Source: Octopus vulgaris (Eukaryota). Taken from it: 64,000 nucleotides of DNA. The notes under the pieces were generated by a model, which was not told the DNA's origin, did no database searches, and was given only the letters and a program-made list of their open reading frames with translations. Position 1 is the first letter of the stretch, and each line of letters begins with the position of its first letter. Below are positions 13,148 through 26,134 of the stretch, one piece after another. Location: assembly GCA_951406725.2 (NCBI GenBank), contig OX597815.1, positions 137,702,001-137,766,000 of the forward strand, read 5' to 3'. The translations under genes and the position numbers were made by a program.

Positions 13148-13509
13148 AACCCTCGGTTTCCTCTGAGTATTATCCGATGCACCAGTTTCATGACTTGTAG
13201 TTTCTTCACGTGAAGAGTTCTCTGCTGTAGCATTTATCGATCCGTTGTGGTTTGAGTCCGGGGATGATTTGCCACGTGTTTTACGATCTGACTATCCACA
13301 CTGCTCTGTCCTCTTCTCACAAATTTAAATGCACAAAGTCAGATGAAACAGTTCAATTCAATTCAAATTCTATGGTTATTTTAAGTAATCAAACAGCTGT
13401 ATCTGAGAACTATAAAATACATCAGAAGGCCTTTCTACAATCTACATGATTACATAAAATTACAACACTTAAACAACAAGCTTCTTTCAATTTTCATCTA
13501 GTAAATCTA

Positions 13510-13632
13510 CACAAAGGACTTTGATCAGCCTGGGACTGTAGAAGACGCTTGTCTAAGGTGCCATACAGTGAGCCTGAATCTGGAACCACGTGGTTGAAAG
13601 TAAACTTCTAACCACACAACCATGCCTGCACC
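13510..13632 (-). mobile_element. tRNA-derived SINE head fragment
   Basis: Similar to 57925-58050. Confidence 0.65.
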
Positions 13633-13745
13633 TATTGAGTTGTCTTTTTTTCTTATTGTACATGCCTTTTTGTAAGCAGTTTTGAAAAACTATATAAAGT
13701 ATTGTAGGTATTTGTCTATTCTCATATTCCATTGTGTCATACATG

Positions 13746-14163
13746 CAGTGCTGGATTAACCATTAAGCAAAATAAGCATGTGCTTAGGGTATCAATGGTA
13801 GGTGTTCGCCACAGAAATGGTAAATGGTTTATGACACAAAAGAAATCCCTTTAAACTTGCTAAAATTATATTTGGGATGCCTTATCTCTACTAAGTACAG
13901 AAGCAGACATTTTACATAAGAATAATTTTGAGGATCTGATAAAAGATTTTGCAATTAAAAAAGATAAGAGGAAACTTTTCAAATATAAATAAATGGAAGT
14001 ATACAAAAATAAACATTATTTCCCATTTTACTGTTAGTTTTGTTTCATTTTGAAAAATAAAAATTTATTTTATGGTTTATTATTGTTTACATTTCAAATT
14101 ATATATGGAGGCACCAAAATCTTTTGAGTACTCAGGGCCTCTATGGGTCTTAATCCAGCCCTG
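13746..14163 (+). mobile_element. Non-autonomous hAT element
   Basis: TIRs CAGTGCTGGATTAA / TTAATCCAGCCCTG; 8-bp TSD CATACATG / CATACATC; internal remnant LSLLSTEADILHKNNFEDLIKDFAIKK resembles a hAT transposase C-terminus. Confidence 0.85.
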
Positions 14164-14913
14164 CATACATCAACATTTAAGACTTGAAATTTATATTACA
14201 GAATTTCTGAAACGTGAAACTCATGTACCAGTAATACATATTGCACAACCAATCCTTTGATATACTAATAGTCTAACAACCAAGTGAAATTCTTTAAATG
14301 AAATGGATTATGTATTTTTATGATTACCTGCTTCTTTAAGTGCCTCATTGTATATATCCCATTTGTTTTCAGTATCACTCTGTATTAATGCATCATACAT
14401 TACTTGAAATCCCTCTTCAGATGACTTTTTATGTGCTTTAAAGATTGAACCAGCTTTGGCTTTGAAAGAAAGAAAATTAAACAATTTATGAAAGTCAAAA
14501 TTACAAATAAAGTATTGATATTAAATATTCCAAAAGGAAATACTGCATTCAAATCAGTGTGTAGTACATGTATCATTGTTATAATCGGAATATGCACAAT
14601 ATCGACTGTACTTCCTCCCTGTCACCCTATAGCCACCTCATCACCAACTGTCTTTCCTTTTCTTTTACCATTCCACCACATCCCTTTCAACTCTTCCAAT
14701 ATGACCCACCATTTCTGATGTCCTTCACACATGCACACACACACACGCGCATATGCGTTAGAGTCTTGATTAAAACTGAAGCTAAAAGTTTGTTTCTTTT
14801 CTCAAGTTTCACTCTCATAGAACATTGCTCCATTAATTCATACAATGTATATTTCACAATCTTCAGATTAAACTGTTATAGCTGAGTGTTATTGGAGGTG
14901 AGTGTTTGTCTGT

Positions 14914-14944
<31 letters not shown>

Positions 14945-14949
<5 letters not shown>

Positions 14950-16010
14950 TTAATTCATGCCATCCAAAACACAACACACAAGAGAATAATATCCCCAGCT
15001 TGGCCAAAAGGATTTGCATGATATTATCCAGTACAAATATCCATGACATAGAACCTCAAGGATTGAATCATATACATTTTGACAGAAACTAGCCACCATC
15101 TTTAATTGATAAGAGAATATAAAAGGCCAAGAAATTCAAAATCCAGGAACAAAACAAAGAAATATATTGTAATTGAAAGTCCTACCATATAATTCTACCA
15201 ACAATCCTCAAAAGAATGACATCGTATTCCCAAATATACCAACACTGAAAAAAAAAACCCAGTCTAAACCAAATCCTCTAAACATATACCATCACAGAGA
15301 ACAAAAGACATCCCAAATCAAAGAAAAAAAACTAACAACGGCCAAACTTCACACAATAACAATAGGATCAGCAACAAAACAAATACAGAAGACCCAACTG
15401 TGGTGTACATTTTAAACCTTTGCCTATCCTGTGTATCACATCTGATACACAGGACATATTTCCCCAGCATCCATGCATCAAATAAATGACACATATTCCC
15501 AATGTTTTTTCAACCACCAAAATAAATTGGGACTTATGAAAGGAAATCTTTATATAATTCAGGACATATGAAAGATAGTCTGAAAACAAGCATGGATGGA
15601 CATTTAAAAAAAAATTAAGAAAATACTTTTGGACAAAGGATTAATCTGACACAAGGATCACAGGTTCATTTTAAACAAGGGCAACTCTTCACACTAAAAA
15701 ATAACTTTACCTCTGCATCTGAAAACCTAACTTATGCAATTACATGCTCAGCATGTGGAGAACATTACAACAGAACAAATAGGAGACAATGAATAACTAC
15801 ATAGATTGAGACAATGTATAACAATGTATAACTAGATGGGTCACAAACTAAAATACAGGAATACAAATAGAACTTAGTGAACATATAGATACATGTGCAT
15901 GTAAGAGACAACTAAATTTTATGATTTTCCCTCTTACATTAATTAATCTAGCAATTACACAACATATCAACAAAGAAACAATCTTCATAACCAACGACTA
16001 ATTACTTCTA
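14945..16010 (+). mobile_element. Highly degenerate Penelope-like element (RT C-terminus plus GIY-YIG)
   Basis: FNSCHPKH..NNIPSLAKRICMI; FTSASENLTYAITCSACGEHY at ~15705-15770; many stops. Confidence 0.7.
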
Positions 16011-16464
16011 AACACCTGTAGGATAAAAAGAGAGACAACTACTTTCAATTCTATTGCAACATTTGCCAAAGCCACCACTACTATTAATTCTCTGAGTTAG
16101 TGTAACAACCACAACAACAACACTACTTCCCCCACTAATAACCACTCTTGCTGCAGTTGTTACAGCAGCCACTCCTGCTATTACTATGATGAAGCAACAA
16201 TCAGAGTGGAAAGGAAATTTCAGCACCATGTGACTTTTGTATCAAAAACATGAACTTTTAAAACTGATATCAACGAAAGAGTTATTTTATTTAATTTATA
16301 TCAATATGTTCTCCTTTTTATTTCAGCATGACTAAATCATCTTAAAAAAGCAAAAAACAAAATACTTTGAGAACTTTTATAGATGGATAAAAGAATATGC
16401 TGCTGGTTTCAATTGCATAAAAGATGATTTAGTCATGCTGAAATAAATTATATATAAGAAATTA

Positions 16465-17228
16465 TCTCTAAATATATAATAGGCAGTTTGTCTGTCTGTG
16501 TGCCTGTCAGGTTGTACCCTCACGCTGACCATGGCTTTCAACCGATTCTGATGAAACTTGACACACACATAGCCCAATGTCATAATTCAAAACTAATGCA
16601 GCGAAAATTTTGAAAAGTTACCCCAGTTCTGAAAAAAATCGATAAATTTGACATGGGGTCCAGAATCTAAGCTTATCATATGCAACACATTTTCCATTGT
16701 AGTTTTTGCAACCTGCAATCGATTTTCACCAAACTCATGGTGAAGCTTAATGTTACCCTAAGGAACTTAATTCTGACGTTAGTTTTCCATGCAATACCTT
16801 ACCCCTCTCTCTCTCAGAAAAAAAATCGATAAATTCATGCCATTTTGGGAAATCGCGTTCAAATTCAAGATGACATATTTTCGACAATATCTTTAACAAA
16901 TTGGCAGGAATTTTTTTTGAAATTCACAGCGAGCATCATGTCTGCCCCAATGAGCTATATGGCCCTTTTGATTCCAATAGGATACGTTATTACTGGAAAA
17001 AAATCGGTTAATTACATCATATGTGGCACACATAGCAAACCGATTTTTCTGCGATATTTTTTGAAAGTTCACATAGATTTTCCCTACTTCATGCATGCAA
17101 GGGAATGGTGCCTTGAATGCCTTAATGCCTTTTAGGCTTCATTTTACGAAATAACGGTTCAAAGGATAAAAAGGTAAAGAGCATTGCTTATCGACAAAGT
17201 TACTTACATCACCGGGCTATGCTGCTAG
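16465..17228 (+). mobile_element. Non-autonomous Helitron-like element
   Basis: 5' A|TC...TATATAATAGGCAG; 3' CCGGGCTATGCTGCTAG|T, the same end style as 34304 and 41981. Confidence 0.65.
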
Positions 17229-17249
17229 TATATATATATAATAAAGGTT

Positions 17250-17396
17250 GGGGAGTGGCTGAGAGGTAAGTAGCTTGCTTAACAACTACATAGTTCTGGG
17301 TTCAGTCCCACTGCGTGGCATCTTGGACAAGTGTCTTCTACTATAGTCTCGGGTCAACAAAAGCCTTGTGAGTGTATTTGGTAGACGGAAACTGAA
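17250..17396 (+). mobile_element. tRNA-derived SINE head
   Basis: A-box-like TGGCTGAGAGG and B-box-like GGTTCAGTCCC; matches the reverse complement of 57905-58050. Confidence 0.75.
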
Positions 17397-18290
17397 ATTT
17401 AGGTTTGGAGATGATGTACAGGTATTTTATATTAGAAGAAATGAGGTACTCAGAAATTCGGATGGTTTTATATTTACAGATATTTATTTGTATATTTCAT
17501 GTTTTTATACATCATATAACTTAGATCATGTATTAGCGCTTTCTCCCATTCTAGTGGGGTTTTCAAATCGAACTAAGCTCCTGTGTAAAAAGTTTTGACC
17601 ATTTTATAGTGTTATTGAATGTGTAGTGGTGGGGAGGGATATAAGACAGTACAAGAGGTTGATGGATGAGCAGAAAGTGAGAGAGAGAGAGAGAGCATGT
17701 GTGTGTGCCCGTGTGTGTGTGTTTTTGTATTTGAAAGAGGTGTTAAAGAAAAAGAGGGGAAGGGAGAGAGAAGAAGAAAAACATTTTTTTTGTTGTTCTG
17801 GTGGACAGGATATTTACTCCAAGGAGGGGGGGTCTAAGATCTTGGGGAAAAAAGAACTTAGGTTTTGACCATTTCATAGTGTTATTGAGTGTAGTAGCAG
17901 GAAGGGACATAAGAAGGTAGACCATAAATTATATTTCTTTTTTATCATTGTGAGAGAGAGTGTGTGTGTGTTTAATGAGGGATGGTTAAATGGTTTTGGG
18001 GTTTTAGAGAAGAATTCTTTTTATTATTGTTTTGTGGAGGTGTGTGTCTGGGGGGGGTGTCTGTGAGTTTGGAGAAGGGAAGAAATGAGAAGAGAAAAAA
18101 AAAGGAAGGAAGAAGAAATAATGGTGTTGATATTTATACCACTATATATATATATATATATATACTAAATATATCACCGTGACCGACCAGGCTATCAGAT
18201 GTTGTTACACATCGCTGGTCACAATGCGCTTCGCATTGTTTTAGCCTTCAAATGACGCCACCTAGCTGGCTAAGCGAGCAGGCCAACTAA

Positions 18291-18343
<53 letters not shown>

Positions 18344-18468
18344 AGGGTAGGTACAATAAATTCAGGGTGAATACTTGATAAGTGTAAGCACCTGTATATG
18401 CCAGCTAGTAGCACAGGTGAGAGGATATATGTATCAAATGAAATAAAAAACAGAACACAAAAGATGTC

Positions 18469-18561
18469 GCAGTGCACATGTTTCGAGCTTTATAAAACAA
18501 CTTATTCTTACATCAATGTATAATCGACATAACAGATAGTTTAAAAGCCTTCTTCAGCCGC
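18469..18561 (-). ncRNA. Hammerhead motif, mirror copy with mutated cleavage triplet
   Basis: Minus strand reads GCGG-CTGAAGA-AGGCTTTT...TAAAGCTC-GAAA-CATGTG-CA-CTGC (GCA in place of GUA). Confidence 0.6.
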
Positions 18562-18938
18562 ATGCAATTGCTACACCAAAGACTTGTATCACATTATAAA
18601 AGGTCCAAAAAGAACATTTGGTATTATTTATAATGGTAGGTAAATTGAGTATCACTGAGAAAGTATGTTTGTAAATCTTCATAATCAAATAGGTGTACAG
18701 GGTATTATTGGATTCCAAAATCCGCCCATACCATTTTCTCACTACTCTATATTGAGTGAGAAAACGGTATGGGCGGATTTTTGGAGTCCAATAATACCCT
18801 GTACACCTATTTGATTATGAAGATTTACAAACATACTTTCTCAGTGATACTCAATTTACCTACCATTATAAATAATACCAAATGTTCTTTCTCAAACCTT
18901 TCATAATGTGATACAAGTCTTTGGTGTAGCAATTGCAT

Positions 18939-19030
18939 GCGGCTGAAGAGGGCTTTAAACTATCTGTTATGTCGATTATACATTGATGTAAGAATAAGTT
19001 GTTTTATAAAGCTCGAAACATGTGTACCGC
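18939..19030 (+). ncRNA. Type I hammerhead ribozyme motif
   Basis: GCGG-CTGAAGA-GGGCTTTA...TAAAGCTC-GAAA-CATGTG-TA-CCGC: stem I GCGG/CCGC, intact core, short palindromic stem III, GUA cleavage triplet. Confidence 0.75.
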
Positions 19031-19094
19031 GACATCCTTTGTGTTCTGTTTTTTATTTCATTTGATACATACATATGTATATATGTATGTATGT

Positions 19095-19302
19095 GTGTGT
19101 ATATCTTTGCGTGTCTGTGTCTGTCCCCCAATATCGCTTGACAACCGATGGTGGTGTGTTTACGTCCCCATAACTTAGCAGTTTGGCAAAAAAGTACTAG
19201 GCTTACAAAGAATAAGTCCTGAGGTCAATTTGATCGACTAAAGGCAGTGCCCCAGCATGGCCACAGTCAAATGACTGAAACAAGTAAATGAGTAAAAAGA
19301 GT
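19095..19302 (+). mobile_element. SINE 3' half
   Basis: Matches 54180-54381 (GACAACCGATG...CAGCATGGCCACAGTCAAATGACTGAAACAAGTAAA). Confidence 0.75.
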
Positions 19303-19561
19303 ATATATATAATGTGACTGACCAGACTATCAGATATTGTTACACACTGCTGGTCATAATGTGCTTTTTGTATTGTTTTAGCCTTCAAATGATGCCATCC
19401 CGCTGGCTAGGCAAGAAGGCCAACAATCACCCTTGATCCAAGGGGCCTGGAGCAACACATGAAATGAAGTATTTTGCTCAAGAACACATCACCCAGTCAG
19501 AGAATCAAACCCACAATCTAGTGATCATGAGTGCAACAGCCTAACCACTAGGCCATGTACC

Positions 19562-19615
<54 letters not shown>

Positions 19616-19714
19616 CACACACTTTTATTCTTTCATTCTTTTATTAGTTTCACCATGAAGGCTGGAGTCATGCTTGAACACTGCCAATGCAATTGGTACT
19701 ATTTCAACAGTACT

Positions 19715-20030
19715 TAACTTTTGGTGAACAAAGAAATTGAAGAAAAGCAACTACGCTCAGTTGCATTTCTTGCCATGATGTTGATTCATCAAAAATCGCA
19801 GCTAGTAAGTTATCTGAATCTTGAATCTACTCCATGTAGATTTAGAACTTTCTTTGGCAAGATATTAAAGAGTTGTGGGTCTTTGAACTTTAGGCCATTG
19901 ATAAGGAGGGTGGGATCTTCAGGACTATGCAGTGATGATTGGTATTGCTCCAAAACTAAAATTTGGCAAGAGCCCTTCAGTGATTTTCCATCTATAGATT
20001 ACCATTGTTCATCTTTATTTTCTTAACGTG
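19715..20030 (-). mobile_element. Degenerate CR1 3' fragment
   Basis: Minus strand reads PQLFNILPKKVLNLHGVD, homologous to PQLFNILLKNLRDLHGVD of the 207-1712 ORF. Confidence 0.7.
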
Positions 20031-20394
20031 ATCATCTTTTTTTTTTCCTTCAGTCTGTCTTACAGCCCAGACACATTCTTATGTCACCTCTTCTATCTTT
20101 TCTCTTGTCAAAGACAATATTCCTCCAGTGTTCGCTACCTTACCTCGTCTGGTCTACTGGCACTCCATGTTTGTTTTCATTTGGTTTATTGTGACTCCAG
20201 TGTCTTGTTTTTGTTACCAAATTTGACCCTCTGCAAATCCCAAATTTTATTTTGGTTTGTGGAAACAACTGCCTTTCGAAGCCTCGTATTGTGGTTAATT
20301 ACTCAAAAATAGGAGTAGATGGACAGCTGACAATTGATGAAGGGTCGTTCGTTATGTTACTTGTCTCATTTTCCATTTGGTTCTCTCGTTGATC

Positions 20395-20565
20395 ACATAC
20401 CCAAGTTGAGTCTAAGGCTATGTGGAAAGATGAATGGAGACATAACATTGCCATCACTAGTGATCACTCCAAACACCATGATGCTCACTGGATGTTTGAT
20501 TTTTATCACTCTCGGTACATGTTTTGCGGACACTGCTAGCCAAAGGTTGTTCTGTGTGTTCCCCA
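20395..20565 (-). mobile_element. Tc1/mariner (maT-like) transposase fragment
   Basis: NTQNNLWLAVSAKHVPRVIKIKHPVSIMVFGVITSDGNVMSPFIFPHSLRLN; homologous to 56740-56900. Confidence 0.72.
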
Positions 20566-20730
20566 TTTATTTCTATTGGAGCTTCTGGCAGGAATGCCAT
20601 GCTGTACAGCATGTCATTGCCAAATTTCTGGCAGAGTGAATGGTGTCAACAGGTTGCTATTCTCACAGATGGTGCCCAACTGAACCTACTATACTGTGTA
20701 GTCAACAAAATCAAAAAACAATGTGCATGC

Positions 20731-20733
<3 letters not shown>

Positions 20734-20824
<91 letters not shown>
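20734..20824. repeat. (TG)n microsatellite
   Basis: About 45 perfect TG units. Confidence 0.97.
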
Positions 20825-20826
<2 letters not shown>

Positions 20827-21198
20827 GGCAAATGGTTAAATGGTCAGGATTTTGTACTCATTGTGTTCTTGAGCAAAGTACTTTATTTTAGGTTACTCTT
20901 CGATCATTTCTTCATCACACATTTGGCACATGGTGTACCTGTGTAGGTAATGTCAATTTCATGGAAGTATGAGCTTATGTGAACAAAAACATTTGATCAC
21001 TATAGATAATTCATCTGTGCGGTTGTTCAACAAGAAATTGCCGTAGCCACATACATCGTCTAACGACGAGAGAGTTCGTTGTGTGCATAATGAACAAGTA
21101 CAGTGAAGAATTCCAGGTAGCGGTATTTCTATTATTATGCCTTCCTATTATTATGCCATAATTTCTGGAATCCACTGAAATCACACCATTTCTCATTT

Positions 21199-22491
21199 TC
21201 ATCATCATCATTGTTTAACGTCCGTTTTCCAATCTAGCATGGATTGGACAGTTCGACTGGGGTCTGGGAAGCCAGGAGGCTGCACCAGGCTCCAGTCTGA
21301 TCTGGCAGTGTTTCTACAGCTGGATGCCCTTCCTAACACCAACCACTCCATGAGTATAGTGGGTGTGTTTTACATGCCACTGGCACAGGGGCCAGAGGTG
21401 GCTGGCAAATGGCCACGATTGGTTGGTGCTTTTTACGTATCACTGGCACGGGCACCAGTCAAGGCGGCGCTGGCATCGGCCACATTCGGATAGTGCTTTT
21501 TACGTGCCACCGGCACGGGTATCACAACTACAATTTCCATTTGATTTTTATTTTGATGTTGATGTACGAGAGACCCTCGTCGCCAGTAGGGGAAGAAGCT
21601 TTCTAAACTTTGCCCAGGCTATTCTTATTCTAGTAGTAACACTCTCTGAGCATCCATCCCCACTACTAACTTGGTCACCAAGGTAGTGGAAACTATCAAC
21701 TACTTCTAGTTTCTCCCTCTGGAGTGTGATGGAATCTGTTTTACAGAGTTTCTGTGGTGTCTTTTGCCTCTGTGCATCTGCTGCACACGAAAGCTATTTT
21801 CTCGTTTAATTTTTCTTTGATGTTGCTGCACCTCTTATGTGTCCATAGCTTACACTGGGTACATCTTATGGAGTTTCTACCTACACCTTTTCTACAGATC
21901 GAGCAGGGCCATCTACCTAAGGGGGTGTGTGATGAGTTCACCTTCCTACTTACTAGAACTTTGGTCTTTGCTACATTGACTCTAAGGCCTTTTGATTCTA
22001 AACCTAGCTTCCACACACGAAATTTCTTTTCTAGTTCTGGTAGTGATTCTGCTATGAGGGCCAGGTCATCAGCATAGAGGAGCTCCCAGGAGCAACCTGC
22101 CTTGAATTCCTCTGTTATTGCTTGGATGACTATGATGAATAAAAGGGGACTGAGGGCTGAACTACTTCTACCTGGAATTCTTCACTATACTCATTGGCAA
22201 TTCTAACCTTATTAACAGCCTCTCTCTATAAATGGCCTGTACAGCCCTTATTTACCATTCGTCAATCTCCAGTTTCCACATCGCCCACCAGATAAGGGAT
22301 AGGGGGACCCAGTCAAAGGCTTTTTCTATGTCAACAAAAGCTAAGTATAGGGGTTTATCTTTAGCTAGGTATTTCTCCTGCAGTTGTCGAACCAGGAATA
22401 TGGCATCAGTGGTACTTCTACTTGGCACAAAACAGAACTGCATCTCATCTAAGCAGACTCTCTCCCTGATGAGATGGGCTATGACCCTCAT
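21199..22491 (-). mobile_element. RTE LINE, internally deleted (RT piece joined to the 3' UTR)
   Basis: DEMQFCF..STTDAIFLVRQLQEKYL, ELLYADDL, WPCSICRKGVGRNSIRCTQCKLWTHKRC; 3' UTR and (GAT)n tail at 21199-21565. Confidence 0.88.
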
Positions 22492-23519
22492 GGTGGTATC
22501 GCTATCTAAAATTTATACAAGCTATCTGTAAATAAATTTTTAAAATACATAACTGGCTAATTTGTATTAATTTCTAAAAATTTTTTTTAAATTAAATGAT
22601 TTTACCCTTTAGTAATTTTCATTGAGTTTGTGGTCTTTAGAAAACCAAGGGATCTGGATTTTTGCATCCATTTCCACTGGATTTCAGTGTGGAGAGTGAA
22701 GACTATAAAAGCAAAAGCTATAGGTATTTGCTCTTCCTCTGATTAAGGTATAAAAAATTTTTAAACACCATATCCAAATTAAAGCTAATTTATTATCTTC
22801 TGTCTTTGTATACATGTTTCTGTGTTTAATGCACTACCATGCATTAAAATCTTTCTTCTAGATTTGAAAGCCCTACTAATGCTAACTACAACTTTTTGTT
22901 TTCCTTCTCTTTCATAGTTAAATGCTATAATATAATTTTCTAAAAGAAATAATAGTCAGAAATTGATTTCACACACTCTGCTCTTTTCCTTCTTTCTGCC
23001 TTCCCCTGTATTTTTATTCATTGCTAGTGTTCATTTGTATAAATCTAAGCAGCGACAAGGAAGTAACTGAAATTTAGAGCCTGTCCTATCTCTGTGGGAT
23101 GATTATACAAAACTAAAAGTTATACAAATGCAAAACTGCATTTAACATGTTCACCCACTTTCAGAAATGCATCAGTTTATATATGCATAATGAAGTTTTA
23201 GAAATAACCCGAATCACGTTAGTTATCCTAGCCCATTATCATCTATAAAATGAAGTTTAGATGAATAGACCAGTCGTTACGTGTCACAAAATGTTTAAGG
23301 CATTTAAAAAAACTTTGATTTAAAAAGAAAAAATCTTTCGATTAGTGATAAAGAACTAAATGCCTAATGTCTCTAAAGTATTTGTTATGGATTAGTTCTA
23401 TTACCTATAAAACTGCTATATAATTTACAATAATACAAGGACTGTAATAATAGGAAAGAAATGGACAATATCTCTACAAGGATTTCTTTTTTTTTTTTAA
23501 ATCTAAATCTGTTATCCAT

Positions 23520-24277
23520 TAACCAAGGTTCAGTCTTTGCCCCCTCCTATTTATCATAGTCCTCCAGGCAATGATAGAGGAATTCAAGACAGGATGCCTC
23601 TATGCTGATGACCTTGCTCTAATTGCTGAGTCACTGTCAAGACTAGAGAAGACGTTTCAGGTGTGGAAACAAGGATTAGAATAAAAGGGCCTTAGAGTCA
23701 ACCTAGCTAAAACTAAAGTCCTAATAAGTAGGAAGGCTGACAAACCACAAATCCCTTCAGGTAGATGGCCCTGCTTGATCTGTAGAAAAGGTGTAGGTAG
23801 AAACTCTATAAGATGTACCCAGTGTAAGCTATGGACACATAAGAGGTGCAGCAATATCAAAGGAAGGCTAACTGGGAAGATAGGTTTTGTATGTGGCAGA
23901 TGCTCAGGAGCAATAAACACTGAAAATGCGCAGAGAACAACTTCGACCACATTCCAGGGAGAAAAACTAGAAGTAGTTCATAGCCTCCATTACCTAGGTA
24001 ACCAATTCAGTAGTGGGGGAGGGTGCGCTGAAAGTGTAGCTCCTAAAATAAGAATTGCCTGGGGAAAGTTCAGAGAGCTCTTACCTCTGCTGGTGACAAA
24101 GGGCCTCTCGCTCAAAGTAAAAAGTAAACTGTATGACATGTATACAAACAGCCATACTACATGGCAGTGAAACATGGGCCATGACTGCTAAAGACATGCG
24201 TAAGCTTGAAAGGAATGAAGTTAGAGTGCTCTGCTGGATGTGTAATGTCAGTGTACATACTCAACAGAGTGTAAGTA
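23520..24277 (+). mobile_element. RTE LINE RT C-terminal fragment
   Basis: LYADDL, Cys-rich ICRKGVGRNSIRCTQC, AILHGSETW. Confidence 0.88.
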
Positions 24278-25812
24278 CCTGGTCGAAAACCATGCTGGGT
24301 ATCACTCAGCAAGTCATTTTCTTCAAGGAATGCAATTAGTTTCTTTCTGACTATCCACTCCATGACTTTGCTGATGTGTGAAGTCAGAGAGATAGGCCTA
24401 TAGTTTTTGGCATCTGCTCTACTTCCCCCATTATGTATTGGGCATATTATTCCCTCCTTCAGCTTGCTTGGCAGTTTGCCATTTGTAAGAAAGCTCTGGA
24501 AGAGAATCTTGAGGGGTTTTGCCAGGGCATGCTTACACGCTTTGAGGAGGATGGCTGGGAAACCATCTGGACCAGCAGCTGAGTTTGTGTCCACTTCATC
24601 TATGGCTAGTAGGACATCTTTTTCGCTAATGTCAATACATTCTATTGTAACCGCCTCACTGGTTATATGTGAGGCAGCAAAGAAGTCCACTAGTTCATTC
24701 ACTTGTCTGTTTTCCAATGGGGTGGTAAAGACACTTTTAAACTGGTCATTCAGTATCTCACTGATCTTAGTTGGACTGTCTGTGAGGGAACCATCTTTTT
24801 GGAGGAGGGGTCCTATCTTGTAGTGTACTCAGACTGTTTCTTTCGCGTAATGAAAGAAGGCCTTTGGGTTTGATTTAATGTTTTTTATAACCCAGGCTTC
24901 TTTGTCTGCTTCCTCCCTCACATAGGATTGTTGCAGCCTTTTTTCGATTTCCATCAGTGTTGTTTTTAGGCGGGACATTTCGCTACTTTTGGGATGTTGG
25001 TGAGTCGATTTGCAACCTTCGTCCATCGTCTCATGAGGATCTTCCTGTCTCTTGGAATCTTGCTCCTATTTGTTTTGGCCATGTGCTCTGGGACATATTT
25101 CTGGCATATGGCTTGCACAGAAGACATGAAACATTCTAGTTTCATGTCAATGTCTGGTGTGGAGAGACATTTCAGCCAGTCCTTTCTGAGGATCTCTTTT
25201 TGGATCGATTTCCAATCTGCTTTGTGGAAGTTCAGATTTGAGAGATTTCGGGTGCTTCCTTTAGGCTGTATGTTTCTGGTTACTTTCGGCCCAAACATAG
25301 ACAGCTCTATTATGTTGTGATCCAAGACTAATGTTGGTGTCACTTTCACATCATGAACGATGTCCATATTGTTCGTGAAGCAGAGATCCAGAATGATATT
25401 CGACCTAGTTGGTTTGAGTACAACTTGCTCCATGAATAAGGCATTGGTGAGGTTGAGCAGGGATTCCACCTGTACTTGCTTGCAATGATTCATTCTGAGA
25501 GTATGAGACATTCGGGCCATTTGACGTTGGGGAAGTTGAAATCATCCATAAGAAATATGGTCACGTGGTGTTCCAGATTCATGAGGATTTCTTTAATTCT
25601 TGTGAGGCAGTCTTCAAACTTGCCTATGTGGTTTGGAGCATCCAGTGGGCAATATGTATTGCATATGACTATATTATGTTGTCTTATGTATACAATTAAA
25701 GTGTCACATACCGAATTTGAGTATGTCAGTAAGACCTGGGGTGTGAGGTCATCCCGGATGTATACAGCAACTCCACCGTGGCTCGTTTCCCTTCTGTCTG
25801 TTCGCAACCCCT
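24278..25812 (-). mobile_element. CR1-group LINE fragment (APE endonuclease to RT start)
   Basis: GGVAVYI, DFNFPNVKW, PTRSNIILDLCFTN, DHNIIE, AAGPDGFP, NYRPISLTS; same family as 217-2770. Confidence 0.9.
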
Positions 25813-26134
25813 ATTAACTCATTTAGAACAGTTAGATTTTGCTATAACACACATTTTCCACTGAACTCAGCCAGAGTATTTTCGTGACAAGTTGGACACT
25901 AGTTTGACAGTTGAGCTCTCATTGGCTGCATGCAAATGAGTTCATAACTGGGGTGCAGAACTCTCGTGGCAAAAATATTTTTTTAGTCCTTCACTAAGGC
26001 AATATATATATATATATATATATAAATATATATGTATGTATGTATGTATATTTATATATATGTAGTGGATCTTGCATGCATGAAGTGGATTCGATCCACC
26101 ATAGCCAAATTTAAATTAATACCTCAACAGAACT

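Larger units (their letters stand above)
9990..13320 (-). mobile_element. Non-LTR retrotransposon with restriction-like endonuclease (R2 supergroup, Hero-like), 5'-truncated
   Basis: RT followed by a CCHC knuckle and PD-(D/E)xK-type nuclease in one frameshifted ORF; structured 3' UTR at 10012-10160. Confidence 0.9.
18428..19071. repeat. ~640-bp palindrome (arms ~316 bp, 11-nt spacer), probably inverted Penelope pLTRs
   Basis: 18428-18743 is the near-exact reverse complement of 18755-19071. Confidence 0.95.

Noticed and set aside
22500-23520. Possible very old Penelope remnant
   Set aside because: Only weak Cys-motif hints; too degenerate to support.
25921-25940. ATTGG plus octamer ATGCAAAT as an snRNA/histone-type promoter
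   Set aside because: No downstream RNA gene is visible; it sits between transposon fragments and short motifs are expected by chance.
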